Assembly (NCBI RefSeq): GCF_030028105.1 | Contig: NC_092379.1 | Coordinates: forward strand, 27,831,821 to 27,895,820 | Reading direction: 5' to 3' | Length of the DNA: 64,000 nucleotides | Source of the DNA: Mobula birostris | Taxonomy: Eukaryota | Shown: positions 1 to 13,170 of the stretch, one piece after another | Numbering within the stretch: position 1 is the stretch's first letter | How the letters are laid out: each line of letters starts with the position of its first letter | Translations under genes and position numbers: made by a program | The notes under the pieces: generated by a model | Databases searched by the model: none | The model's input: the letters and a program-made list of their open reading frames with translations, nothing else | What the model was told of the DNA's origin: nothing

Positions 1-1479
1 GAGCGATAGAGTTCAGGAAGGCATTGCTTCCTTGACTTGATCTTCATATTCATATTTCCATGGCATGTGCCACACTCGCAAAGAGCCTGGACCACATTGG
101 CTTTTGAAATATAAATCAAGATGTAATTTTCGAGTTATATTGTTTAGAAGATGCTCTGCTGTTGTTTCTGTAAAGACCAGTCGTAATAACAAAATGGATT
201 GATTAAAATAACCCGGAGCTGAGGACTTATTTGGAATACAAATTCACAGGAAGGTAGTCTCCTACTCCACAGGTTAAATTTAGAGGTTGAATTAGGAAAT
301 TCTGGTACGATATTTAGAAATATAAGAAATTCTCTCCTACGTGCATTCGGATAGAAACTGATGTTAATGTAGCTTGTTATCTCTCACATTGGGGTCATTG
401 TCTGATCAGTGGAAACTCATGGATGTTTATCAGAAGCTTATTTTCTCATATATCCGTACAAACCATTTCAAACCATCCAAAACAATATGCTGAATACATA
501 AAACTAATAATTTCTTGCATCGTAAAATTACTAGAATTGGGAAAACAGTGAAGCGGACTATAGCCTATGAAGTTCAGGGTGGTGAAATGTCGTGCATTTT
601 CGTGGAGGATTGAAAAGTGCAGCTAACTATCGTTTGAATATTCTCAAAACCTGAATGCACGCACTTCATTAAATGTGGCGGGACAGTTCGAGAAAGGAAT
701 CATACCTAGATGTTGGTTTTAACACGGTGTAATCGTAAATAAGAGCAAGGATGTAACGATTAAAATTGGAAACGGAATGATAAAGCTACCGTTGTTACAA
801 TGTGTTAAATTCATGTCTCCAGAATATTGCAATAAATAGGATCTATAGGAGATTCGTGTGTGTTGATGCAAGGAAAACCGACGATGACCTCAATCCATTG
901 CTTGGGAAAACAGAGCACTGAATTATGATATGTGCAGTCTGGACAGAATAGATTTTGTTTTTTTTGCTATCACCGTTGGAAGTTCAAAATGTAATGAAGA
1001 AATAAAGATTTTTTTTTTTGCTGTGACGAACTTAGAATGGAACGAAACGCTTGAAGAAGACGATGAGTCAGAGTTTATTGGCCAAACGCAGTTGCATAAC
1101 ATGTGATAGATTGTTTTTTTTTAATATGGAGGTGTGAAGAGGTGTCCAGTCTCAACTGAGTAGATTTTGCTAGAGAGTGGCTTTGCAGACATAGAGTCAA
1201 ACAGGCATAGACATGTAGAGCACAGAAATAGGCATTTTGCTCCACCTAGACCGCGCAGAACTATCCAAACTGTCTGCTCTCATCGAATTTCACCGGAACC
1301 ATCGCCCTCCTGGATTTCGACAATTAGTCACTATATCCAATCTATTTACTCAAACCCAAAATATTCCCAGGGAAAGCTAATCTGAATGGTTCTTCTATGA
1401 TCGGAATTTTGAAGGATAATTTAACTTTCTTCTTCGAAAACACCCATTGATAGCTGAAGGTTCCAGGATAACTCCCATT

Positions 1480-1910
1480 CCCCTTCCTTCCAACGAAAGG
1501 GTTAGCTATCGGCAGTTGCATGGGTCCCAGCTATGTCTGTCCGTTTATCGGCTATGTGAAACAATTTATGTTCCAAGCCTACATCGGTGACCAAGCCTCA
1601 CTTTTCCTACGCTGCACGGACGACTGCATTGCTGTTATATCATGCACCCGTCGACTACATCCACTTTCTCCTCTTTCACTTCACCTCATCAATCAGCAGC
1701 CCAGCTCTTTAACCCAACCGCCACCCCCACCCCTTACAGGTTTCACACATATGGTTGTCTTCTCTCCCATCCCTCCACCACTTGAATCTACTTCTCAACT
1801 ATTTTCCTCCAGTCCTACGGAAGGGTTTCGGCCCGTACTTAGACTGTTTTCTTTTTTCTTTTCCATAGATGCTGCCTGGTCTGCTGAGTTTCTTTAGCAT
1901 TTTGTGCGTT
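1480..1910 (+). mobile_element. Penelope-like element fragment (RT motif plus 3' tail)
   Basis: MGPSYVCPFIGYVKQFMFQAY...LFLRCTDDCI corresponds to the Penelope RT GPSYA...FLRYIDD region. It is followed by the tail ...atagatgctgcctggtctgctgagtt.... Confidence 0.7.
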
Positions 1911-2604
1911 CCCCGTTTCTTCTCTGAGTTGCCTCTTTTGCAGCACCATTAGGAATAAAGACGATTCTGCAGATAGAGATAAAATGAGCAGTAACATTAC
2001 TTACTCTTGTTTCATGGGGCTGTTGAGCTTTCCGTCTCTTTCTGCCACTTTCCTTCTCTTCCCCACATTGATCTCTAATATCTTCTTATCTGATGTCCTT
2101 TCTCCTTCCCTTTCTGCTTTGGACTGCGGTCTTCACCTATCACATTGATTCCTTTCCAGCCCTTTATCTTTCCAAAACACTTGGCTTCACCCGTCCCCTT
2201 TTTACTATCCTCCTTCCACTCTCCCAGCATTTTCCTGGCGTTTTCCTTTTCCTTTTCATTCTTCAAGAAGGACTTGGTTTGTTCATTCATTTCCGTCAAA
2301 GCTCCCTGAGCTGCAGTTTTCCTCCAGCCTATTGTGTGCATTACTGTCTAATTAAACGTCTGTTTTATTGGATTTGGACGTTCTTCACGAAGTTCAGCAC
2401 TGCCCGGAGGCATTTCATTCTTAATACCAGGAAGTTCCTTCTGAGTTTCCAGCAGTTGTTCCTCTGAACGTTGGTTTTCACCCTTCATACGTCTTTACTT
2501 TTATTGTACATTTAAAGCTGGGATGAAATTTAATTATTTAATATCATTTGTTTCGAGGGAACTGTATGTACTTTTGTAAGTTCCCGGTCTCTGCTTTCAC
2601 TTTC

Positions 2605-3500
2605 TCCCAATAAACCTGTTGACGATTATGAAGCTGCCCCTTGGAACATCTGCGCTCTCCAGATGTATCACTTGTTACCTGGTGGCGATGGTGAGAGCGA
2701 ACATCTCAGTGACTACCTGCAAGACGAATTTGCACCACATTGCCGATTTTTATTGGAGGCAATTATTCTTGTTCTGCACTCCCGTGTGTTGGACAATTCT
2801 CTTCCTATCTGCTGCGACTATCGACTGTTCTGTTTGGTTCACGGACGCTTTACCTTTGATCGATTTGTGGTTATTTCCACTCCGAAAATGGAAAGAAAAT
2901 ATTGCATATAGAGAACGGCGTTTGTGCTTCTTGCGAGACAGGCATCTTCTGTTTTAAGAACGTGCTCTGGCCTTTTGCTTACGTAGCTTATTCCATTAGT
3001 ATAAAAAAAAGTGTGCTGTTGTCGTATATTGCCGATATTTTATGTTTATCCGGCATAGCTTGCATTTTCTTGGATGGACCAGCTTTTAACTCACATGATT
3101 CCATTCTGTTCAATGGCATTACTCAATGTGCTCACCGTCCGACGAATTTTGGTAGCTAATCGAGTCCGCAGAACGCTTTGGGACAGCAGCACTGGAGATC
3201 CCGAAATGACGAAACGAAGGAAGTCTATCATTTTGCTCTTTACAATATCTAGCAGACTTATTCTCCTCTGGACTACAAGTCTTGCATATTTTATTTACTA
3301 TCGAGCGTGGAGGGCGTTTTATGTCCAGAAGATAATGAAACGATTTGGAAGAAATGACCAATCTGCCATTATGCTTCAGATGCTCAGCTGGTGCACAAAC
3401 TTGCTCATTTACACCGCGACCGAGAGAAAGTTCAGAGGGAATCTGTTCCGACTGCTCAAATACCCCTCCATGCTAATTACATATTTAGTGAAATTAAGTT
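2605..3500 (+). pseudogene. Rhodopsin-class GPCR pseudogene of the GPR139/GPR142-like family expanded in cartilaginous fishes
   Basis: Fragments across three frames: LSRCITCYLVAM (TM2), TPVC...AATIDCSVWFT / FTFDRFVVI...KYCI (TM3, DRF motif), LLNVLTVRRILVANRVRR (TM5), DPEMTKRRKSIILLFTISS..ILLW (TM6) and MLQMLSWCTNLLIYTAT..KFR...KYP (TM7). There are several frameshifts and an internal TAG at 2909-2911. Confidence 0.85.
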
Positions 3501-3827
3501 TATTTTTGTTTTGTAGAATCATCACCCGGAAAACCGACGATAGTAACCGTCAGATTATTCGGTGATAAAGGAGTTTGAAAAAATAGGGTTAGTTTTCTCT
3601 AGTTTTAAAAAAAAGTTAAATCATAACAGAGACGTCACTGACGTCACAAATTGGCGAAGTGTGATATAAATAACTCGTTGCCCTCATTAAAGTCGCGGCT
3701 TGAAATTGGGGGGCGACGTCGCGGATACGGAGAGTGAAGGAGTCAGCAGTTGACGATGTGCTAGTTTCAATAATTGACGAATCATTTGGAGGAGAACGAT
3801 GGAATTTGACCGATCATTGAAACGATT

Positions 3828-4119
3828 TGATACGTACCCCGTAACTGGGTTGTCAAAGCATCAGAAATGGTACACTCGTTGGAGTCTGTGATTACAAGAA
3901 ACTAATAAAGTTTTATTAACAAAAGTAACTTATACAGTACACTAACTGCAAGGATATAAATGTAACAGGTTACCTATGATAGTATACACATATACACAGA
4001 AATACAGTAATAGGAATCAACCAAGCTCTATCGCAGTCAAGGGGTAAAATGATCAGCTTATATTGAAGCAGAGTTCAGTTCAGTCTACTACAGTTCGAAG
4101 TAATCGCTGTTGTTGTACC

Positions 4120-4181
<62 letters not shown>

Positions 4182-4682
4182 GAGAACGATACAGTTGATT
4201 TCAGGCAAACCTTTCGATGCCTTCTGATCCCGCTGTGGTCACCGACTGTGACCCCTCAGTTCCGGATGCGACCATTCTTCCGATTGTACCTTCTGATTGT
4301 ACCATTACACCCTGTGAACCTCTGGCCGATGCCCGCGAATCGGTCCTCCAAACTTCCACCAACTTGTGGGGCACAATGCTCTTTCCAGGGTCTCGTGGCG
4401 TGTGTCTTGTGCCTTAGCAAACCCGCTATTTTTATCCCCCTGATGGAGTATCACCTGCCCATCAAACTTCACACTTCCTATTGTCTCAGCAGGATTGTTA
4501 ATGAACAGTTCAGGTTCAAAGAAAACTGTCTGTGGCAGACGCCAAGATCTGAATTATGTGTCTCGTTCTCGTTATCTCTCTCTTCTCCCTTATTAGCATT
4601 TTGAATGCCTCTCCGTTGTTTCTCGTTATCTCTTTCATTAACATCATTCGTTCTGCAGTTCTGCTTGGCTTCACACATGACA
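3828..4682 (-). mobile_element. Solo LTR
   Basis: TGATAC...TGACA termini; flanking 4-mers gatt/gttt (1 mismatch); minus-strand AATAAA near 3912; internal (GA)n. Confidence 0.55.
4124..4183. repeat. (GA)n microsatellite
   Basis: Directly visible in the sequence. Confidence 0.95.
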
Positions 4683-6339
4683 GTTTCTAGAAATATAAAT
4701 AATTCAGCTATTTGTACTAATTGGGATATTTTTCGAGATCATTAGATTAGTGACATAACTGCAACATCCTCAGTAATATTTTCACAACCCTGTTTCTCTA
4801 AGAGTCTCAGTTATCTCAGATTCAGATGTCACATATGGCTTGGTGATAAACAGCTATTTTGAATAGTCGATACCTCAATATTTGACCTTCTCATCATTAA
4901 ATGTTTCGTTCTGCTGTCCTCATTTCGAGAAATAGATTCGGTATGGCTTGATCAACAGTTCTGCTATTCTTTGTTTTGAATCATCTACTTAGCCAAAGCT
5001 AGAATTTAAATCGAGAAACTGAACACTGCCACGTTAACATCGCAAAGTGCAATTCGCGTGCTCCCGTGATACATTGTAGGCTGTTTAGTCGTAACAAAAT
5101 GTAAGCGTTCTTCGTTGCATGTAACCGATGCTTATTTTCTTTGCTAACGTCCAGATTCCCATACCGTATGGTTAGAGGTGGAAGCATGTCGCAATTCAAT
5201 TCGTCTATCTGAATTTTCCCTCACACCAAAGCAACCGTGACTCTTAAATTGATACCGTTAACTTACTTGAATTGATTGAGCTAAAGGATGCTGTAGTAGT
5301 CATGACAGGATGATTTAATGGACAGTCGAAATAAGGAAACGTTCCCCGCTTATTTGGGGAACAATTGCAATGGGAATTCATGAGAGGATGCGATTAGTTA
5401 AGCAATCTACCCATCATATATTCCCTACCACGTTCTGATTGGTGGAAGAGTAACAATTGAACGAGAGGGAGGAAGAGTGGAAGGAGGGAGATGGAGGGAA
5501 TGTGGGCAGTAGTAGGGAGTGCCGGAGGGCGGGAAGGGAGGACTATTGTGTAAAGGATGGATTGAGCAAGAGAGGGTAGGATTTAGTGTCGTGGGAGACA
5601 GGAAAAGCGTACCGACGGGTTGCATCGAGGTCGGAAGCGATTTCGGAATCTCAGTCGCTGCGCGACAGATGTAGGGGATGCTTGTAATATATCTACAGTC
5701 ACCCACCACATCCAATCATTACCATTATCATACACAGGAAGGTGTGTGTGTGGGTGAGGAGATGTTGTGGCACTGAACAAAGTACAAGTTGTTATCACCA
5801 CAGTGTTCCTGTATCCTGTATTGTCTGACACAGCAAGAGCAGATAGGCTGCTTTTCTGACGTGTGGATGTGCGAAGGAAAGAATTGAAGGGAAACGTACG
5901 GAGGAATATGAGGAGGAGACAGGGAGAGAGGGAGAAAGAGGGGGAAAGTGAAAAAAGAGAAGGGGAGATAGAGGGGAGAGGGTGAGAAAAGAGCAGAGTG
6001 AGCGAGATGCAGAGAGAAAGAGGGGGCGAGAGAGAGATGGCAAAGGAAAGGAGAGACAGAACGATAATTAAAGGGCGTCGATAACTGTCCTTGACAGTTG
6101 TGGTAATGGCCAACGTGCAGTGGGAGACAAACGAAAGCGGATCAACAGTTACCGAGTCCAATCAGAAGAGTGCAGGATAAAGGGAAACAACAATCGTTTG
6201 GCCAACAGGGCCGTGAACTAAAGCAGTAAAACTCAAAGTTTAAGCCAGTACTGCGGACAACACAAAGATAATTCGAGGGGCAAGTTATGTTGACGAAACG
6301 GGGAGACTGCAGAAGGACGGAGCTAGATTTTGAGATTGG

Positions 6340-6910
6340 ACAGAGCAGTGGTAAAATGAATATAGTGTCGTGATGTGTATGGTCATACATTTTGGTAGAA
6401 GGAAGAAAAGCGGAGACTATTTTCTAAAAGTGAGGAATTCAAAACCTCTCAAAAACCTAAGTTGCAAATGGACTAGGGAATCTTCGTGGACGATTCAGTA
6501 AAGCTTAATTTGCAGGTCGAGTCAGTGGTGAGAATTGAAATTCATTGTTAGCATGCATTTCGATGGGACAAGTTTATAAACCTAGGATGCAATGCTAAGA
6601 TTTTACAAGGCACTGTTAAGGCCTCACTTGATGCATTCTGCGCAGTTCTGGGCCTTAATGTAAGAATAATTCGGGGACTGTGAGAATTATCGTAGGAGGA
6701 GCGACCGATGGCTCTGGGCCTTTATACTTTGGAATTTGGAAGAATGAGAAGATATCTCACTGAAGCCTATGTAATGCTGAAAGGCCTAGATAGAGAGGAT
6801 GTGGAGAGTATGTTTCCTCAGGTGGATCTGGGAAGTGTTTAGATCGTGAGTACACCGCCTCATAACGGAGGATGTCTATTTAGAATGGAGATGGGAGCGC
6901 ATTTCTTTAG
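6340..6910 (+). mobile_element. Decayed CR1 LINE, RT C-terminal/3' fragment
   Basis: Degenerate ..cattttggtag.., ..gttaaggcctcacttg....gcagttctgg.. and ..gatagagaggatgtggagagtatgtttcc.., matching the other CR1 copies in the window. Confidence 0.6.
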
Positions 6911-7070
6911 CCAAATGGTAAAAGTCATAGTCAGAGAACAGTTGAACAGTAAATCCGGCCCTTAGGAGCTCAGTTAGATATCACGGATCGCGCAAGAAGC
7001 CATGCTGACTATCCTGAATCAGGCCTTAACTATGCAAATACGTAACTGTCTGGTCCCTCAGAACCTTCCT

Positions 7071-7378
7071 TTTTTTTTTAGGCATCCGTTAGTATCGTAG
7101 GACAATGAGTTTGCACCTTGGAAGTTTTCCATGGCGCAGGCCTGGGCAAGGTTGTATGGAGGACCAGCAGTTGCCCATGCTACAAGTCTCCCCTCTCCAC
7201 GCCACTACTGTTGTGCAAGTGAAGGACATTAGGACCCATGTAGCTTGGCACCGGTGTCGTCGCAGAGCATAGTGTGGTGAAGTGCCTTGCTTAGGGACAC
7301 ACAAGCTGCCTCAGCCAAGGCTCGAAGTAGCGACCTTGAAATCACTAGACGAACGTCTTAACCACTTGGCCACATGCC
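7071..7378 (-). mobile_element. tRNA-derived SINE (V-SINE-like)
   Basis: A-box TGGCCAAGTGG, B-box-like ACTTCGAGCC, core tgtgtccctaagcaaggcacttcacc and an A-tail. Collinear with 35865-36160. Confidence 0.7.
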
Positions 7379-7449
7379 AACACTATATACGTCCTACAAC
7401 TGATGACCAATACCTGGCTAAAAATCCTGGTTTATTTTTAGAACTTCTA

Positions 7450-8100
7450 TGAAACAATGGAACAGCATCAGATATCCTCCAATACTCTTCCACGTCGCCA
7501 GTCACAAAGAGAGATTTAAATATCTCTGCTAGGGGTTTTAGCAATTTCTGCATTGGCCTTCTGCAGCGTCAGGTGGAACAATTTCAATACCTGGGGAATT
7601 ATTGACACTAATCTGCCACAAAACAGCAAAACGCCTCCTCCTGTATAACCCGTGTAAAGTCCATGAAATTGACGCCGTTCTTCCTCAACTCTATGGACTC
7701 TATTGAGAAAATAATTTACCATCTGTCATATCTTTTTTGGCTCACACCTGGATTACATTTTGTACTTCCAGACGATCAATTTTGTCCATTGCAATTGTTT
7801 TGCTCTAAAAATGTCTGAACAATGAATTCGGATTCTCTTTCCACCATGTCTGCCAGGGAAAACACATGCCAGCCTTTAGCCTTCCTGATTTATTTCTTAA
7901 GTGTTTTACTTGCATTGCCTATACAGCATGAAAACGTCATTTTCTCCTACCTCCTTCTTTTACCTATTCAGGGTCAAAATATCTCTTGAAAACCCAAGTT
8001 CCTTGTTACCTTTTTCCTGACAGGCACATAATTTTTTTCAAATCTCACAATTTTCACCTTTGAAGGCTTCACATTTACAGGTACTGTCATCAAAGGAACG
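7450..8100 (-). mobile_element. Decayed CR1 ORF2 fragment
   Basis: The minus strand resembles the CR1 linker (..LKK.IRKAK...LA..V.ENP..F..Y..SK.I....IG.LE..) seen better preserved at 29633-30253. Confidence 0.5.
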
Positions 8101-8199
8101 GTCATCAACGAAGTGATCTGAAGCAGAGTGGTATAGTGTTGGCTCAATCGGGCTACGGTGATAACGGGTTGAGGCGAGTTAAGTTACATGTGAGGAATA

Positions 8200-10000
8200 A
8201 AAACAGTAGGTATGTCTATGAGGCCGGTGTTCTGTACTGGATGTCAATCCTGGGAAGTCTAGGAAACACCCACCCTCCCGGACGGCAATATCTGCGCCAG
8301 GTGCGTTGAGATGCAGCTCCTTAGGGTCCGGGATAGGGAATTGGCGATACAGCTCGATGATCTTCCTTTGGTCAGTTAAGTGTGGAGGTGATAGGAGATA
8401 TAGGCAAGTAGACACACCGGAGATTTGGGAAAGAGATAAGTTGATAACAGTCAGGAGAGGGATGGACAAAATTCAGATACTAGAAAGTACCCTTGTGGTT
8501 GTCCCCTCAAACAATAGGTACTCCTGTTGAGTACAGTTTGGGGTGACGAGCTAAATGGGGGAAACAACAGCAGCCGCGGGGACTTAGGGAGGAAATTGAG
8601 AGGCAGGACCTCAATGCAGAAATCTAGGGATTACTGCCTGTGCCAAGCGACAGACAGTGTAGGAATAGAGTGAGGTGGAGGATAAATGCGTGGCTGAGTT
8701 ATTGGAGCAGGAGGCAGAGATTTGTATTTCTGGATAACTGGGACCTCTTTTGGGATAGGGGCGACCTGTACAAAGTGGACCGTGTGCATTTTTTTATCTG
8801 AGGGTGACCAATATCCTGGCAAGGAGGTTTGATAAGACTACTGGGATGTTTAAACTAGAATCGCTAGGTGGTGGGAACCGAACTGAAGAGACAGAGAAAG
8901 GGGCGTTGGCTCACAAATAGAGAAAGCTTAAAGACAGTGCGAGAGGGAAGATAGGCATGTGAGAAAAAAAAATGCGCACAGACCAATGGTTTAAGATATG
9001 ACTATTTTAATGCGACAAGCATCATGAGCAACGGGGATGAGCATAGAGTGTGGTCAGTATCCAGGGCTATGATGTTGTGGCCATTACAATGACTTGGATT
9101 GATCAGGAGCAGGAATGGTTACTTAGAGTGCCAGGCTTGAAATGTTTCAGAAAGAACAGGGAGGGGGGCAACAGAGGTGGGGGCGTGGCACTACTGATCT
9201 CAGATAGTGTCACGGATGCAGAAAAGATGGATGTCATGAAAGAATTGTCTACTGAGTCTTTGTGGGTCGAAGTTAGAAGCAGGAAAGGGACAATAACCCT
9301 ACTGTGTGTGTGTGTTTTTTTTTGTTTGTTTGTTTTTTTATATAGAGCACCAAATAGTAACAGGTAATTCGAGGAGCAGATAGGGAAACATATTCCGGAA
9401 AAAGTTTAATAATGACATGGTTGTTGTCGTGGGAGATTTCAGTTTCTCAAATATTGATTCCCATCTCCTTAGAGCAAGGGGTTTGGATGGGGTGGAGTTT
9501 GTTAAGTGTGATCAGGAAGGTTTCATGTGACAATATGAAGATACACCTACAGGAGCAGAGGCTGTACTTGATCTGGTATTGGGAAATGAACATAGACAGG
9601 TCTCACGTTTCTCAGTGGAAGATTATTTTGGAGATAGTGATCACAATTGTATCTCCGTTACATTGCAGAGGGATAGGAACAGAGAAGTTAGGAAAAGGGT
9701 CTATTGGAGGTATGGAAAATATGAAGTGATCAGGTAGGAACTAGGAAACATACATTGGAAACAAATATTCTCAAAGAAAAGTACGGCAAAAATGTGACAA
9801 ATGTTCAGTTGTTATTTACGTGGTTCTTTGCATAAGTAGTTTCCAAGGAAACAGGGAAAGGATGGTCGGGTATAGGAACCATGGTGTACAAAGGCTGTTG
9901 AAAATTTAGTCAACAAGAAAAAAAAAGAACTTACAGAAGTTTCAAAACCAAGGTGAGAATAGAGATCTAGAAGATTATAAGACGAGCGAGAAGTGGACCA
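8200..10000 (+). mobile_element. CR1 LINE, 5' portion (ORF1 remnants and APE endonuclease)
   Basis: ORF1-like ...LITVRRG...ESTLVVVPSNNRYSC; esterase-like WDLFWDRGDLYKVD; endonuclease YDVVAIT.TW...EWLLRVPG..CFRK.REGG.RGGGVALLI...STESLWVEVR...YRAPNSNR. Confidence 0.8.
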
Positions 10001-10199
10001 GACTACCTCCATGAAAAACATCGTTTCCGAGAGCTTTCTTCAGGACTGGCAAGAAAGATAATGAATCAGAACAAGAAGGTGGGTAGAGTGGAGGAAGAAG
10101 GACAAGGTGATAGATTGTATGTGAAGCCAGGATGGGGAGGGATGAAGTAAAGAGCCTGGAAGTTGATTGTTAACAAAGACAAAGGGCTGGAGAAACGGG

Positions 10200-10660
10200 A
10201 ATCTGACAAGAGACGTTAGAACGCCACGGAAGAAAGGGAAGGGTAAGCAACACCAGAGGTAAGTGATGTACCGATAAGGAGATTAAGTGAGAGAGGGTAC
10301 AGGGAACGTGGGAAAGCTGAAGCGGGGGAAGGAGAGTTACCGAGGGTGGAAAAATCGATGTTCATGCCACCAGTTTGGAAGCTGGATAGAGGGAAAAAAC
10401 GGTATTGCAGCTTCAACCTGAGTGTTGCCTCACTGCGACAGTAGAGAAGGCGAGGGATCGACATGTCGGAATGGAAATCGGAACTAGAAGAAAAAAAAAT
10501 CTTTTTCTGGCGGACATAGCATAGTTGTTCGGCTAAGCAGTTTCCCAATCTACTTCCTGTCTCACTGTTATTCAGGCGGTCACAGAAAGGAGCACTAGAT
10601 AGAGCAGATGACCCCAACAGACACAGTTGAATCGGCGCCTCACTTGAATACAGTGTTACG
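10200..10660 (-). mobile_element. Penelope-like element, GIY-YIG endonuclease C-terminal fragment
   Basis: ETGSRLGNCLAEQL...HSDMSI..LLYCRSEATLRL...SFQTGGMNIDFS resembles the Penelope GETGRRLGDRFAEHL...GMNIDFS tail. Confidence 0.7.
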
Positions 10661-10877
10661 AGCCATAAAAGACAGTGAGGGAGGAAATATGACAGTTGTT
10701 CCGCTTGCAAAGTTAAGAACTAAATGGGAGAGCAGTGGAGAGGACCAAGGGAATTGCGCTGGGAGCTATCCCTGTGTAAAGGGGAAAAAAGCGGGTTGGG
10801 GAATAAGGAGAGATATGCTTGATTGTGGCATTCGTTAGAGATGGCACTATATACAAATAATTATGTGTTTCTGTTAT

Positions 10878-12152
10878 TGTCACAAGGGGATGCTGGAAAA
10901 GGACCCAAATGCAATACACAGACACTGAAGTACAAGGAACAGGACTTGACTGGAGTAAGGACATGACAGGATTCAGAGCAGGAGCAGGTAGAAGAATGCA
11001 GGCATGGGCTAGGGAAAGCGGGACCTGGACTAGGAACCATAGTCTAGGAGACAAGGCATGGACTTGGAGCCCAGAATAGACAAGGACCCTGAACCTGGGA
11101 CTTGCCTCGACCTCAGACCCCGGAACCAGGTGAGGACATGACATGGCTTGAGACTGGGGACTTGGGTCTTGAGGCTTGGCTAGAGGCTGGAGTCTTGGGT
11201 CTTGAGGATTGGCTTGGCTTGCGATCTTCGATGCTTGGGTTCTAGGAGCTTGGCTGCAGGATCCTCGAGGCTTGAGCTCTAGGAGCTTGGCTGCGGGATC
11301 CTCGAGGCTTGTGATTTGGAACTTGGTTGCGGGATAGTCGAGGCTTGGGATCTTGGAGCTTGGCTGCGGGATAGTCGAGGTTTGGGTTCTCGGAGCTTAG
11401 AGACAGACTGGGAACTAAAATCAACATAAAGCCAGGGCTTATCCTTCGACAAGCCGGGACTCATCTTTAACACGACACTAACATGAGACAGGATAGAACA
11501 TAGAAAAAGAGCCGGGACTTACCCTAAGACAAGCCAGGACTCAACTTCTCCACACCCAGGTGGCACAGGTCCATCTGTTGGGTAACAGCAGGGCGGCCAG
11601 ACTTACCTCATGGAGGCGAGGACAAGAGAAGGCAAGAAATGACCTCCCACAGGGCAACGGCAAGACGGCCTGGCTTACCCCATGGAGGCGAGGACAGGAA
11701 GAGACAAACACCAAAGAACAACAGACTGTTACATTTCTGCTCCGGGATAGCTCCAAGTCTCAGTTCAGCCAGAAATCTCAGCTGGCTACAGAAACAGTGG
11801 GATACCTACCTAGCTTGGAGTGGCTGGTAGCTACTCAGCTGGCCCGGGAAACAGCCGAATCCATACCGCAAGGACTACTCCTACAAGTGGCAACCAGGCT
11901 CCATGAAGCAGTGGTCCTCCAACCAGGCCTAGAGATCAGAAATGGTTTCATCAGCAGGTTGCTACAAGGGGGACTGACAAGACAAACCATCAGCCCACAC
12001 TCGATCCCAAGGCTACTTATATTGCAAGCCCAAAGATGAGAATCAGGAGCCAATGATTAACTCAAGCAAGGCACAGCTGGAAGACCTGGAGTCCTGAGTC
12101 CACGTACCAGACCGTGAAATGGAATGCGGACTTCACGGACCGGACCATAACA
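10878..12152 (-). mobile_element. Solo LTR with a perfect 5-bp TSD (same family as 17368-22108)
   Basis: TGT...ACA termini; GTTAT on both sides (10873-10877 and 12153-12157); internal tandem repeats at ~11200-11400; shares the ggaggcgaggacaag/gcaacggcaagacggcc units with the 17-22 kb LTRs. Confidence 0.88.
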
Positions 12153-12499
12153 GTTATGCACAACATTCTATGGATTTATTGAGTACACGTTTTTATAATG
12201 TTACTTTGAAATTCGAACCTTTATTTATGATGATAGGTACAAACGAAATGAAACCTTGTTGATAGCCTTCTCCAATAAGAATGATGTCACGGACCTTGCG
12301 TCGTTCAGGAGAAGATTGCTTGTTGGCAGGCAGTCTTCATCTCATGGCCCGAGAGGCCTCGGCTTTCGGCGGAGCCGATGATAGTGCCGGGCCTTTTGTT
12401 TCTAAACACGCAAAAGAGAAGCCTTGCTACTTACCCACAGGGAAGTGGAGTCGAATCAGGATTGCAGCTCAGAGAACTTGCCATGGGTGATAGACAGAA

Positions 12500-13170
12500 G
12501 CTACAGGGAGTAGGCATCCAGAAGGTTTAGGAGGCATGTACCTGGGCAACTGTCAGAAGAGGGAATGGAAATGTAATGGGAAGCTAGTGCAATCCAGCCT
12601 TGTGTTGATCTCCTGAATAATAAGTGTGGGATGTGGTGAAATGACCTACCAGGGGCAAGCCGCCGCGACTGGGTCTCTGGCACTGAGTATGCCACTTGGC
12701 TCAGAAGTGGAGGGATAACAGATGATTCGAGTAGTGTTCAGATGATCTACAATTAGAGGACTAGACACGAGATCCTGTTGACGTGACAAAGACATCCGGA
12801 TGGTGTGCTATCTCCCATGGACAGGATCGGGAACTACGCCAAATGGGCTCACGCCATAATAAGGTAAGGGTGAGCTCTCGTGATGTCTTGGTACATATCG
12901 GCACAAATCAACATTGCTATGATATGTTAAGAGGTTCTGCAGTCAAAATTTAGGTAACTAGATAGAAAGATTAAAAAAAAAAGATTACCAGATTAGTGTT
13001 TTCTCGATTGCTACCTGTGCCAAGCATCAGTGAGGTAGACCTAAAATAATTTGGCAGACTAATGTGTGGCTGAGTTAAGCGTTGAGAGGATAGGGTTTCA
13101 GATTTCGTGATCATTCGGATCTCTTCTAGGGAAAGTATGCCATGTACAAAAGGGATTGACTACAACTGAA
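12500..13170 (+). mobile_element. Decayed CR1 ORF1 fragment
   Basis: ..gtgtggctgag...ggatagggtttcagattt..ggatctcttctaggga...gtacaaaaggga...aactgaacccgagggg parallels 8680-8820. Confidence 0.5.

Noticed and set aside
5799-5805. Isolated CACAGTG heptamer
   Set aside because: No nonamer at 12 or 23 bp and no V-like frame upstream.
12285-12496. Short TG...CA segment as a possible solo LTR
   Set aside because: No target-site duplication and no second copy in the window.
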